Both the position numbers and the translations under genes were made by a program. A stretch of DNA of 64,000 nt from Hyphococcus sp. (GTDB lineage Bacteria > Pseudomonadota > Alphaproteobacteria > Caulobacterales > Parvularculaceae), in NCBI GenBank assembly GCA_021776455.1, contig JAJFFX010000038.1:1060-65059 (forward strand), given 5' to 3'. This document shows positions 40,923-49,676 of the stretch, one piece after another; positions within the stretch are counted from its first letter, which is position 1, and every line of letters begins with the position of its first letter. Under the pieces are notes generated by a model that had not been told where the DNA came from, made no database searches, and worked only from the letters and a program-made list of their open reading frames with translations.

Positions 40923-41597
40923 ATGACCTTCTACAAAGCTTTCGACAAGGATCTCTGTTGCAGGGGACTACAGTTCTCCATCGGACAGACCACGTCTGTC
41001 AAAGGTAAGATAGAGATGTGTAATAACGGGATCCACTGCTGTAGAGAGGCTCTAGCGTGTCTAGACTACTACCCACCAACCTCTCGTTTCTGTGAGGTCC
41101 GCCCGATGGGAGAACGGTTTAGTGACGGGAATAAGACGGTTTCCGGCTCTCTTACTGTAGTCAGAGAGATAGTTGGAAAAGAACTGACTTCTCTGCTTTC
41201 AGGTCAATACAAAATCCGAGATGTTCATGGTCAGTCGGGGTTATATAACTTCAAGGATGGGTTAATGGACGGTCCATCTACGGGATCGTACGAAAACGGT
41301 CAGACGTGGTTTGTATCAACTTTCGAAAAGGGTATTCTTGGTGGACCATGCAAGTCCTGGTATGATAACGGCCGGGTATGTCAAGAGTGTAGCTACATAA
41401 ATGGGAAGTTGGATGGACTGTGTACACGGTGGGACAGAAACGGTCAGCTGGTGTTAGAGTGTAGCTACAAAAACGGTAAGCTGAACGGACCGCGTCGGAT
41501 GTGGTACGGAAACGGACAGTTGATGTCAGAACTGGAGTGGAAGAACGGAAAGGTAAGACGACCTTCGAATTCTTCTGGCTGCTGTTGTTTAGCATAG
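40923..41597 (+). CDS. YKAF-domain + MORN protein ending in GCCCLA
   Basis: Same family; the C-terminal CCLA fits a CaaX box. Confidence 0.8.
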   Translation: MTFYKAFDKDLCCRGLQFSIGQTTSVKGKIEMCNNGIHCCREALACLDYYPPTSRFCEVRPMGERFSDGNKTVSGSLTVVREIVGKELTSLLSGQYKIRDVHGQSGLYNFKDGLMDGPSTGSYENGQTWFVSTFEKGILGGPCKSWYDNGRVCQECSYINGKLDGLCTRWDRNGQLVLECSYKNGKLNGPRRMWYGNGQLMSELEWKNGKVRRPSNSSGCCCLA

Positions 41598-41832
41598 TCT
41601 AGATTGTGTTCAGACAACTGATAAATCATACTAGACGTAATCTAGTATGACTAAAATAAGATCTTGTAGTGAGACATGCTAGGGTTGACCCGCTCCCGAA
41701 TTGACAAAGGAAACTATCTCCTCTCATGTTCCCCAGAAAATTTTCGCATCCTTGTACACCGATTGTTCATACAATTTGTCCAGATCTATCCATCAATTGG
41801 CTCATGAAGGTACGTACTACTTACCGAGACGC

Positions 41833-42126
41833 CTAATCCTGAAACGCCTCAATTAACTCCATCGGGGAAAAGGAGATGTCGCGAGGTAATGTAAGATCGA
41901 GGTAACTCCCGACTGACACCTGGATAGTGGCAGGAGTCCAGCGAAGAGAGACATCGGTTAGGTTCTCCTCCGATCCCCACAGCCCACCATTCGACTCATC
42001 ACCTACAACCTCTAAATAAGCGCGCGGTTTCAAACGGACCGTAGCCCCGTTGAAGTCGATACTAATTGTGTGGTATCGGACGACTCCACCATAGTTGTGA
42101 TGACATTCTGTTGTAAGCTTGTACAT
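41833..42126 (-). CDS. Hypothetical protein
   Basis: 97-aa ORF with TAAATG start, immediately after the MCP-downstream hairpin (42128-42150). Confidence 0.45.
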   Translation of the reverse strand: MYKLTTECHHNYGGVVRYHTISIDFNGATVRLKPRAYLEVVGDESNGGLWGSEENLTDVSLRWTPATIQVSVGSYLDLTLPRDISFSPMELIEAFQD

Positions 42127-42207
42127 TTAACAGAAGGCAACCTTCTGTTAGATTGATTATTTTTACTCCAAAGGAATAAGAATGTATAGCATGGTGTGAA
42201 GGTCCGT

Positions 42208-43614
42208 TTACAGAACTGGGAAACCAAGGGCACCACCAGACACACGAATGATATTGTTGTTCACACAAGTGACAATGAACTCGAAGGACTGTGCAAATGA
42301 TTGCCCGGTTGCAAATGCCTGTCCTCCTGCTGCACCGAGAGCAGCTCCTGCACTCGCCTCTGGGTTCATCGACACGTTGGTCAACTTACCGTAGTTAGTT
42401 GAACCCATGGGGTCAAGGCAGATGAAGTCCAGAGAGTATGAGTACATGTGGTACCCAGTCTCAAGTGGGATCACAGGTGCGTGGTAATATGGGTTGACCA
42501 GTGAGAAGTAGTCAGATCCCATCTGTCCGAGACGGTTCGTGTTCTCGTACACCAGCGAAGTCTGCAGGATAGGATCAGTCGCTCCCGAAGGCGCGAAGTT
42601 GACCGCGGTAAGTCCTGGTAGAGGAGATGCAGATGTGTAGTTCGACCATTCGACTCCCGACGTGGTGTTTCGCACAGCGAAGAACAACACCTTGATGGCA
42701 TGCGAAAACCTAATATCATACTGTGGTGTGGTGTTCGTGGCTGGAGCAAATGTCTGACGCGGTGCAGTCTGGACTTGCTCAATCAGAATGTCACGTGGAG
42801 CGCATGCCATTCGCTTACGCTCATCGTTCGACACAATCGCGTAGTTCGCCCATACATTGGTGGTTCCCAGCACTGGAGTAGTAGCGATGTCCGAGGTCGC
42901 TCCAACGGTTGGGGCAGTCCTGGTGTCGGTAACTCCAGGGTTTCCTCCGTTCTCTAGGATCAACAGATCACTCCAGTTCCTGAAGGAAAATTGGATCCTC
43001 ATCTCATTGTACGGCAGGGCAGCAGTCGGCAAAGCGACTCCACTGTCACGGCTGTAGAAGAAGGGTAGAGGCAAATTAAGAGTGAACGAAGGGATTGCGT
43101 CACCAACTCCATGAGGACCAGTCATGTCATCAAAATTTCCAATCATGTTGTTGTAACCGTTACGCTTTCCGGCAGGCACAGTGAAGGCAGTCCAGAAATC
43201 GAGATGGTAGTTATCAAACCGGGCAGCCACTAGATCGTTAAACGTAATGCAACACTCAGAGATGATGTTGTGCATAAAGTTCCTGGTCCATCGGAGAGTT
43301 CCGGCGTTGGCACCACCAAGGGCAGTGTACTGGTTGGTCGCTAGCAAAGTCACAGCTGGTGTCGCCAGTCGCAGCCATGTTGCGATCAAGTAATCACCGG
43401 CACGAGAGATGCTGAAGGAGAACTGCTGATTGAACTCGGGAGTTCCGGCCGAGCGAGAGAGCACCACGGGCACGGTTGTAAACCACGTAGACTTGCGAGT
43501 TTCGCGGACGAAATACGCGGTGGCATCAGGGCCACCATAGAGATACTTCTCAATCTCGTCAAAGGTGGCTAGATCGATGAACCCTGAGGTCACATTGCTT
43601 GTACAGATCGACAT
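42208..43614 (-). CDS. mcp: Major capsid protein (double jelly-roll, iridovirus type)
   Basis: MSICTSNVTSGFIDLATFDEIEKYLYGG...LPTAALPYNEMRI...DPMGSTNYGKLTN...IRVSGGALGFPVL. Confidence 0.98.
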   Translation of the reverse strand: MSICTSNVTSGFIDLATFDEIEKYLYGGPDATAYFVRETRKSTWFTTVPVVLSRSAGTPEFNQQFSFSISRAGDYLIATWLRLATPAVTLLATNQYTALGGANAGTLRWTRNFMHNIISECCITFNDLVAARFDNYHLDFWTAFTVPAGKRNGYNNMIGNFDDMTGPHGVGDAIPSFTLNLPLPFFYSRDSGVALPTAALPYNEMRIQFSFRNWSDLLILENGGNPGVTDTRTAPTVGATSDIATTPVLGTTNVWANYAIVSNDERKRMACAPRDILIEQVQTAPRQTFAPATNTTPQYDIRFSHAIKVLFFAVRNTTSGVEWSNYTSASPLPGLTAVNFAPSGATDPILQTSLVYENTNRLGQMGSDYFSLVNPYYHAPVIPLETGYHMYSYSLDFICLDPMGSTNYGKLTNVSMNPEASAGAALGAAGGQAFATGQSFAQSFEFIVTCVNNNIIRVSGGALGFPVL

Positions 43615-43887
43615 GTTTATTAGGGAGCAAGAAATAAATCATTCGAAAAAACCGTAATCCTCAGTTCCTAACCCCTCTCGGAGACATCCAAATTCTAAGC
43701 TCGAACCACGCCTTGGAATTTCTTCAACACAAATTTCCTGTACCATTTCTGACGACATGTGCTCTCGTCAGATAATACAACCCATTTTAGCCAAACTGAA
43801 ATCACACCATGGTAAAACCAACAGCATATTCTACTCAGGGTGATGAAAATGAACGAATCGAACATCATTTGGTTACATATTGAGAAT

Positions 43888-44277
43888 ATGAGTTATCCAG
43901 ACGACTATGATCCTGACTTCAGGAAGGTCTCTAACAGGAGAGAAGGATCCATGTTCCCAAGGTTCTGTCGCGAACATCTTCGCTACTCAGGTAAGAGCGA
44001 ATGCGGTGTGTGTAGAATGGAGAAGCTGAGACCCCCTAGGTATTGCGAGCATGCTCTGGAATGGGTCTCGGGAGCTAGACAATCAGATAACGATAGGAAG
44101 CAAGATGGCTTAGAGTCAATGGCATCTAACTTGGCAGCGGCTGGACGTGTACCAAGACATGAAGCGGAGCTAATGCAAACTTTTGAAGAGACGGTAGGAG
44201 ACCGTCTGAACTCACAAACTATCAGCATCATTTTCTACTTCACACTACCGGAATGGTATAGATATAGTTATATCTGA
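43888..44277 (+). CDS. Hypothetical Cys/His protein
   Basis: FCREH...CGVC...YCEH; hairpin 44281-44310 follows the stop. Confidence 0.5.
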   Translation: MSYPDDYDPDFRKVSNRREGSMFPRFCREHLRYSGKSECGVCRMEKLRPPRYCEHALEWVSGARQSDNDRKQDGLESMASNLAAAGRVPRHEAELMQTFEETVGDRLNSQTISIIFYFTLPEWYRYSYI

Positions 44278-44280
44278 AAC

Positions 44281-44310
44281 AAAACCTCAGTTGAAACCAA
44301 CTGAGGTTTT
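44281..44310. terminator. 3' hairpin
   Basis: AAAACCTCAGTTG-AAAC-CAACTGAGGTTTT. Confidence 0.65.
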
Positions 44311-44370
44311 TCGTCGGAAGGTAATCTATTGAATACCACTTAAATAGCTCACAGACCGACGAAAGAAGCT

Positions 44371-45471
44371 ATGGAAGAAGTAGATATTTTGGGCATCCAC
44401 GCTAAAATACGCAAGAGGTTCATGGACGATAAAGAAAAGCTTCCTGACTATAGAGACCGGCTACAAGAGCTTGAAAACTCAATCTCAGCGCAAGGTTTGA
44501 AGCCTCATGTCAACAACATGATGAAAGAGGCTTATGATAGCCTTGCTAAACGCATTGATGATATCGAGCACAACGTCAGTCGAGATTTCTACAACAGTAA
44601 AACTCATGAGCTCATCTCCTCTTATGGGACCATCCTGAACACTCCAATCAAACGTTCCTTTATGAAGAAACAGGTGGTAGAGGATGAACATGCTGAAAAG
44701 AAAAGAACTATCATCCGTGAGTACCTGGAAATAGCCCGAGAGTACATTGAGGTAGAAGTTCCGATATCCTCTCGTGCTCCTCTTCAACGTGTTGTCTGCA
44801 ACATGTGTGATAACAAGAAGCACTTCGAGGTGATAGATGAGAATGTCTATACGTGTCAATCCTGCTTCTCGCAACAAACCGTAATGAGGAACACTCCATC
44901 ATGGAGCGATATCGGTAGAGTAAACCCCTCACAGAAGTATGTCTATGATAGGCGCGTCCACTTCAAAGACTCGATCCTCCAGTACCAGGGTAAACAAAAT
45001 AGTACAATCCCACAGAAAGTCTATACAGACGTTACGAAACATCTCGAGATTCACGGTGTGCTCAGGGGCTCTCGTGACGATCCAAGGGAAGTCAGGTTTA
45101 GCCAACTGACAAAGCTCCTCCTTCGAGACTTCCTAGCCGAGCTTGGATACAACAAGCACTATGAGAACATCCATCTCATCCACGCAGCACTCACAGGAAC
45201 TAAACCTGATGATATTTCCCACCTGGAAGAAGTGCTGATGGATGAGTTCAATCAACTAACAGCCGTATATGATGAAGACTACAAAGACCTAGACAGAAAG
45301 TCCTTCGTGAGCACCCAATGTGTTCTGTATCAGCTCCTCATGAAACACAATCATCCGTGTGAAAAAGATGACTTTAACATCATCAAAACCCCCGAGAGAA
45401 AATGCGATCAGGATGACATATTGAGACACTGCTTTCAGGCTCTCTCATGGTCGTATAGTGGATTATACTAA
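44371..45471 (+). CDS. VLTF3: Late transcription factor VLTF3
   Basis: CNMC...CQSC ribbon, YVYDRRVHF...QYQGKQ, KHYENIHLI, RKSF...VLYQLL. Confidence 0.92.
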   Translation: MEEVDILGIHAKIRKRFMDDKEKLPDYRDRLQELENSISAQGLKPHVNNMMKEAYDSLAKRIDDIEHNVSRDFYNSKTHELISSYGTILNTPIKRSFMKKQVVEDEHAEKKRTIIREYLEIAREYIEVEVPISSRAPLQRVVCNMCDNKKHFEVIDENVYTCQSCFSQQTVMRNTPSWSDIGRVNPSQKYVYDRRVHFKDSILQYQGKQNSTIPQKVYTDVTKHLEIHGVLRGSRDDPREVRFSQLTKLLLRDFLAELGYNKHYENIHLIHAALTGTKPDDISHLEEVLMDEFNQLTAVYDEDYKDLDRKSFVSTQCVLYQLLMKHNHPCEKDDFNIIKTPERKCDQDDILRHCFQALSWSYSGLY

Positions 45472-45510
45472 AACACTCGGTTAGTTTTAACACAACAATG
45501 CGTTAAAACT

Positions 45511-45633
45511 TTATGCGCGGTTCTGCCACTGCATTCTGACGTATCCCATGACCCCGCCTGGAGGTTTCTCTCCGTCTGGGTGGTCTCTCCACCATTTAGC
45601 CAACGTCTCCTTCACAAACTCATTATAAGTCAT
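45511..45633 (-). CDS. 40-aa HMG-box/YABBY-like ORF (not in ORF track); stand-alone gene or -1 extension of the upstream gene
   Basis: MTYNEFVKETLAKWWRDHPDGEKPPGGVMGYVRMQWQNRA*, similar to the C-terminal domain of 6643-7131. Confidence 0.6.
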   Translation of the reverse strand: MTYNEFVKETLAKWWRDHPDGEKPPGGVMGYVRMQWQNRA

Positions 45634-45647
45634 CCCAACCGGTTCAG

Positions 45648-46469
45648 CTACTTTTTTTTTAAGCTGCGCTTCTTTTTGCGAGAACTGCGCCTTTTCCGCC
45701 TTGAGCTACGCTTCCTGGAGCTACGCCTCTTCCTCCTTGAGCTGCGCTTCATCCTCTTCGAACTACGCTTCCTGGAGCTACGCCTCTTCCTCTTCGAACT
45801 TCTCCTCCTCCTCTTCGAGCTTCGTCTCTTCCGCCTTGAGCTGCGCCTCTTCGAACTACGCTTCCTGGAGCTACGCCTTTTCCTCCTTGAGCTGCGCTTC
45901 ATCCTCTTCGAACTTCTCCTCCTCCTCTTCGAGCTGCGCCTCTTCCGCCTTGAGCTACGTCTCTTGGATCGGGACCTACGACCTCTACTCTTCGAGCTTC
46001 GTCTCTTCGAGCTTCGTCTCTTCCGCCTTGAGCTACGTCTCTTGGATCGGGACCTACGACCTCTACTCTTCGAGCTGCGCCTCTTCCGCCTTGAGCTACG
46101 TCTCTTGGATCGGGACCTACGACCTCTACTCTTCGAGCTGCGCCTCTTCCGCCTCGAGCTACGTCTCTTGGATCGGGACCTACGGCCTTTACTCTTCGAG
46201 TTGCGCTTCTTCGAGCTACGCTTCTTGGATCGGGACCTACGACCTTTACGCTTAGAGCTGCGCCTACGTCGAGGTTGGTACATCGAGAGAGGAATAGTAC
46301 CGGCATATTTCTGCTGGTTGAAAGTGCGTTGAGGTGTACGGTGCTTTCTGGCCTTATAGCTAGATATAGGCTTCGTTCCTCCATACTTACTACCCTTTGC
46401 TTTTGTAGGTCGCATTGAAGAGTATCCCGCGGGCGAACCTTGCTGTTTTGCAATGTCTGCTGCACTCAT
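45648..46469 (-). CDS. Protamine-like Arg/Lys/Ser repeat protein
   Basis: About 200 aa of RRSSRRKRRSSK tandem repeats; TAAATG start. Confidence 0.85.
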   Translation of the reverse strand: MSAADIAKQQGSPAGYSSMRPTKAKGSKYGGTKPISSYKARKHRTPQRTFNQQKYAGTIPLSMYQPRRRRSSKRKGRRSRSKKRSSKKRNSKSKGRRSRSKRRSSRRKRRSSKSRGRRSRSKRRSSRRKRRSSKSRGRRSRSKRRSSRRKRRSSKRRSSKSRGRRSRSKRRSSRRKRRSSKRRRRSSKRMKRSSRRKRRSSRKRSSKRRSSRRKRRSSKRRRRSSKRKRRSSRKRSSKRMKRSSRRKRRSSRKRSSRRKRRSSRKKKRSLKKK

Positions 46470-46547
46470 TTAGTCAAAGGCAAGATAATTAAAATCGAGG
46501 TCACTCATACTCCAAATTGATTTACCTATTACGACAATAAGATAAAG

Positions 46548-47075
46548 ATGAGTAATATGGCTTCTATACTCATGGGTCATGGCTCATTTGTTATTCCTAG
46601 CGTCAACAATCAGATCGACGAGCTATTCCGTATGGTAGACAGTATGGTTGAGGCCGACCTGATTGTGGATGATGACGGGAGTCTATCAATCGCAATACGC
46701 AGAAGTCTTGAAGACGAAGGTCTCGAAAGAGATGCTGAAGTACATCTAGACCTTCCCGTTGAAATGTACAGTGATCAAAAGAGATTGTGTACGACCTGCT
46801 CTATATGTTTGTCAGACTTTGAACCTGAGGACTCCGTATCAGCACCCTTGTGTAATCATACGTTTCATGTGAATTGTTTAAGTGAATGGGTTAAGTATAA
46901 ACCTGACTGTCCTGTCTGTCGCACGTCCATAGACGAGCCGCCAGAACCGCTTGATGAAGACATAGTGATCACACATACTAGTCTAACCCGCGAGGAGGCT
47001 GCGGCGGAATTAGCGCATAGAAGTGTTGAGGACGTGGTAATGCGCATTACGAACAACACTGTTTTTACAGACTGA
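46548..47075 (+). CDS. RING-H2 E3 ubiquitin ligase with UBA-like tail
   Basis: CSICLSDF...CNHTFHVNCLSEW...CPVCR. Confidence 0.9.
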   Translation: MSNMASILMGHGSFVIPSVNNQIDELFRMVDSMVEADLIVDDDGSLSIAIRRSLEDEGLERDAEVHLDLPVEMYSDQKRLCTTCSICLSDFEPEDSVSAPLCNHTFHVNCLSEWVKYKPDCPVCRTSIDEPPEPLDEDIVITHTSLTREEAAAELAHRSVEDVVMRITNNTVFTD

Positions 47076-47080
47076 TTAAG

Positions 47081-47107
47081 AAGCCCCGTCCAACATGGAC
47101 GGGGCTT
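47081..47107. terminator. 3' hairpin between convergent genes
   Basis: AAGCCCCGTCCA-ACA-TGGACGGGGCTT. Confidence 0.65.
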
Positions 47108-47204
47108 TTGTTAGTTCTAATTAGGAAGCAGTTCCCTTCTCCTTTTGGTACTATGTGTGGAGATGTGCTTGTTGATCTCAAATTGCGAAGGTCGTAGAGG
47201 ACTA

Positions 47205-48878
47205 TCAGTTTAAAGCTCGATGATCGTTCGTCTTCTCCCACTTCTTGTACTTGATGTAATAATCGTCAATCAGATTTCTCAAACCAATACCGATTTTGCT
47301 GTAGTCCTCGGTAGCCAAGTTGGCTAGAGACACCCTAACCCCCCAGAATGGTCCTCCAAACCCAACAGCAGGTAGTAAAACAATTCCATAATTTCTGGCG
47401 AGCTTGAGTAGGAACTCTAGCGGGTCACGATGCTTGTAGATGTAGTCTCCGAAATCTTGTCCACCGACGAGGTTGTTGGCCGCTGTACAAATGTCAATAA
47501 TAACATAGTAGTTGGAATTAAGTCCGGTCTCATCTATCTTGTAATCGAGAGGTCCAAGGAGCTCATTCATCCTCTCAAGTAACAGTGCCTTGAGTCTGTC
47601 ATTGTACTCTCTACCGGTATCTAGCATATCATGGACGGCGCAAATACACATAAACGTTTGCATTGGGGTCCCTAAACCAGCAGTATGCGCTTCTGCCACC
47701 TCTCGCGAGTCAATCAGGAGTCTATCAATGAACTTGATAGACTGTGGACGGAGAGAAACCATTTTGTATCTGTCGTTCACAGAGTCGGGAGCATCCTTGA
47801 GCAGTCGAGAATCAATGATATTGTTATTGTGCATTATGATTGAACCCAAGCGCCATCCGGTCACTCCAAAGTACTTGGAGAAAGAGTAGACACCGATGGT
47901 GTTCCTTGGTAGAACGTTGAAGAACGAGTTAAACTCCCCAACAAACGGAGCGTAGACATTGTCTCCAATAATGATAAGATTTGGATTACTCTTCTTGACA
48001 ATCTGTGCAACTTTCTTTGTGACCCTGTTGGAGAGAGACATCGAAGATGGGTTGGTTGGGTTAACAATGAAAAGTGCTTTCATACCCGAGTCTCCAATCT
48101 TTTCTAGCTCCGAATCAGGGATCTCCCAGTTGTTCTTCTCGTCCGCCTGGATGCAGAGCTGTACGAGGTCGTAGTTCTGCAGCGTCGGAAACTCCAGATA
48201 CGGAGAGAAGATTGGCGTGAGTATGCCAATTTTGTCACCCTCAACCACAAGCCCATTATACTTGAGGGAGTTGAAGATGTAGATGATGGCGGCAGACGCT
48301 CCCTCAGTTGGAAAGATACTAACTTTTCCTTTGAGGTGCTTTGTGGGTCTGTAGACGGTCTTGTCCATGAACTCAGCCAAAACCGGTTCCGCAAACTTTT
48401 GGATTCTTGAAGGGTCTGGGTAGTAGCAACCAAGAGTAGAGATGATAAGGTCGTACATGAAGGGATCACGGCCCATTCCGGAGATGACACGCATCTTCTT
48501 AATCCCCTCCTTGAGGAACTTTCCTTCGGGTAGGCCTTTGGCTGCGTTAAGAAGCTTGTCGAACCGATCAGCAATACCACGCTGGAATGGGATAATCCCA
48601 AGACCGGGTTCAGTGCCATCTTCTTCTGCAATGACGGTACAGATGTGCACAAGGAGACTGAAGGCGTACCTTGGCATTGTAGCAAGAAAGTTCGGATTAC
48701 CGCGTCCAGCATTGAGAACTTTGGTAGCGCCAACGCCTTTTGTAGCTGCCCTGATGAGATTATTCTTGAACTCAAAAGGAGAGAGCTGTTTGTATTTGTA
48801 GGCCTGATCTTTCTGGTCAGTGAAGATCTTGTAGTAGGCGTCACAAGGCTCTTTGAATGTTTCAGTGAATGAGGTCAT
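47205..48878 (-). CDS. aspD: Aspartate 4-decarboxylase / PLP-dependent aminotransferase class I
   Basis: LSPFEFKNNL, LNAGRGNPNF, TEGASAA, VNPTNP, DNVYAPF, YSFSKYFGVTGWRLG (PLP lysine), HTAGL, RVSLANL. Confidence 0.9.
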   Translation of the reverse strand: MTSFTETFKEPCDAYYKIFTDQKDQAYKYKQLSPFEFKNNLIRAATKGVGATKVLNAGRGNPNFLATMPRYAFSLLVHICTVIAEEDGTEPGLGIIPFQRGIADRFDKLLNAAKGLPEGKFLKEGIKKMRVISGMGRDPFMYDLIISTLGCYYPDPSRIQKFAEPVLAEFMDKTVYRPTKHLKGKVSIFPTEGASAAIIYIFNSLKYNGLVVEGDKIGILTPIFSPYLEFPTLQNYDLVQLCIQADEKNNWEIPDSELEKIGDSGMKALFIVNPTNPSSMSLSNRVTKKVAQIVKKSNPNLIIIGDNVYAPFVGEFNSFFNVLPRNTIGVYSFSKYFGVTGWRLGSIIMHNNNIIDSRLLKDAPDSVNDRYKMVSLRPQSIKFIDRLLIDSREVAEAHTAGLGTPMQTFMCICAVHDMLDTGREYNDRLKALLLERMNELLGPLDYKIDETGLNSNYYVIIDICTAANNLVGGQDFGDYIYKHRDPLEFLLKLARNYGIVLLPAVGFGGPFWGVRVSLANLATEDYSKIGIGLRNLIDDYYIKYKKWEKTNDHRALN

Positions 48879-48993
48879 CCTTTATTCTTAGAGATAGGTA
48901 ATTTCTATAATTGACTTGCACAGTCCTGGAGCGACTGAACAAACTCAAAAGGAAGAAGGTAGATAGAGAAAATATTATCCTTGCTAATCACAA

Positions 48994-49590
48994 ATGACAC
49001 TAAGAGTCGGTAGCAGGAGGCGTTCACGCAGTAGGAGACGCTCACGGACTAGGCGTTCACGTAGGAGACGCTCACGCAGCAGGAGACGCTCACGCAGTAG
49101 GAGACGTATGAGAGGCTTGCGGGGAGGCGTTGGTAGTCCGAGGTCAAGGAAGATGAGTGACCAGTTTGCGGATCACTTACAACGTATTTTTATTGATCCC
49201 GATGTAGGTACCAGGATTTACAACACTGCTCAGAACATGAGGCAGGTCGACGCAAGATTGCGGGTTGACGAAAGCTTCGCGACAACACGGCGGTTATTCG
49301 CACAGACATGGGACGATTATGACGGCTTCATGGCAGAAATCGATGCGTTAACACCAGGTACAACTATGGCCGAGACAAGGGCAATTAGGGGTGCAGTCTA
49401 TGCCAAGTTATCAGCGAACTGGCAACAATACGCTATTGCCCTGAAAGAGAGTTTTAAGGACACCGCGGCAGCCATTGAGAGTGCAGCCGCTTCCCTCACA
49501 CCCAAGCAGTTTAAAACATATGTAAGGAAATTCGAGGATGACAGAGAGGAAATGAGATTTACCCGTCTAACAATGGACCCTTATAAGTAG
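48994..49590 (+). CDS. Protein with Arg/Ser-rich protamine-like N-terminus; paralog of 17405-18052
   Basis: RRRSRSRRR...RGLRGG...DQFADHLQRIFIDPDVGTRIY. Confidence 0.75.
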   Translation: MTLRVGSRRRSRSRRRSRTRRSRRRRSRSRRRSRSRRRMRGLRGGVGSPRSRKMSDQFADHLQRIFIDPDVGTRIYNTAQNMRQVDARLRVDESFATTRRLFAQTWDDYDGFMAEIDALTPGTTMAETRAIRGAVYAKLSANWQQYAIALKESFKDTAAAIESAAASLTPKQFKTYVRKFEDDREEMRFTRLTMDPYK

Positions 49591-49676
49591 TCAAACTCAT
49601 CATGTCATTCATCCTCTTCATTGGTGAAGAGGATGAACCTAAATTGTGTGAAAAGTCCTTTTTCGACTAGAGATAA

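Noticed and set aside
45580-46332. Leu/Arg/Phe-rich and Ser-rich plus-strand ORFs
   Set aside because: Antisense frames of the protamine-like repeat gene.
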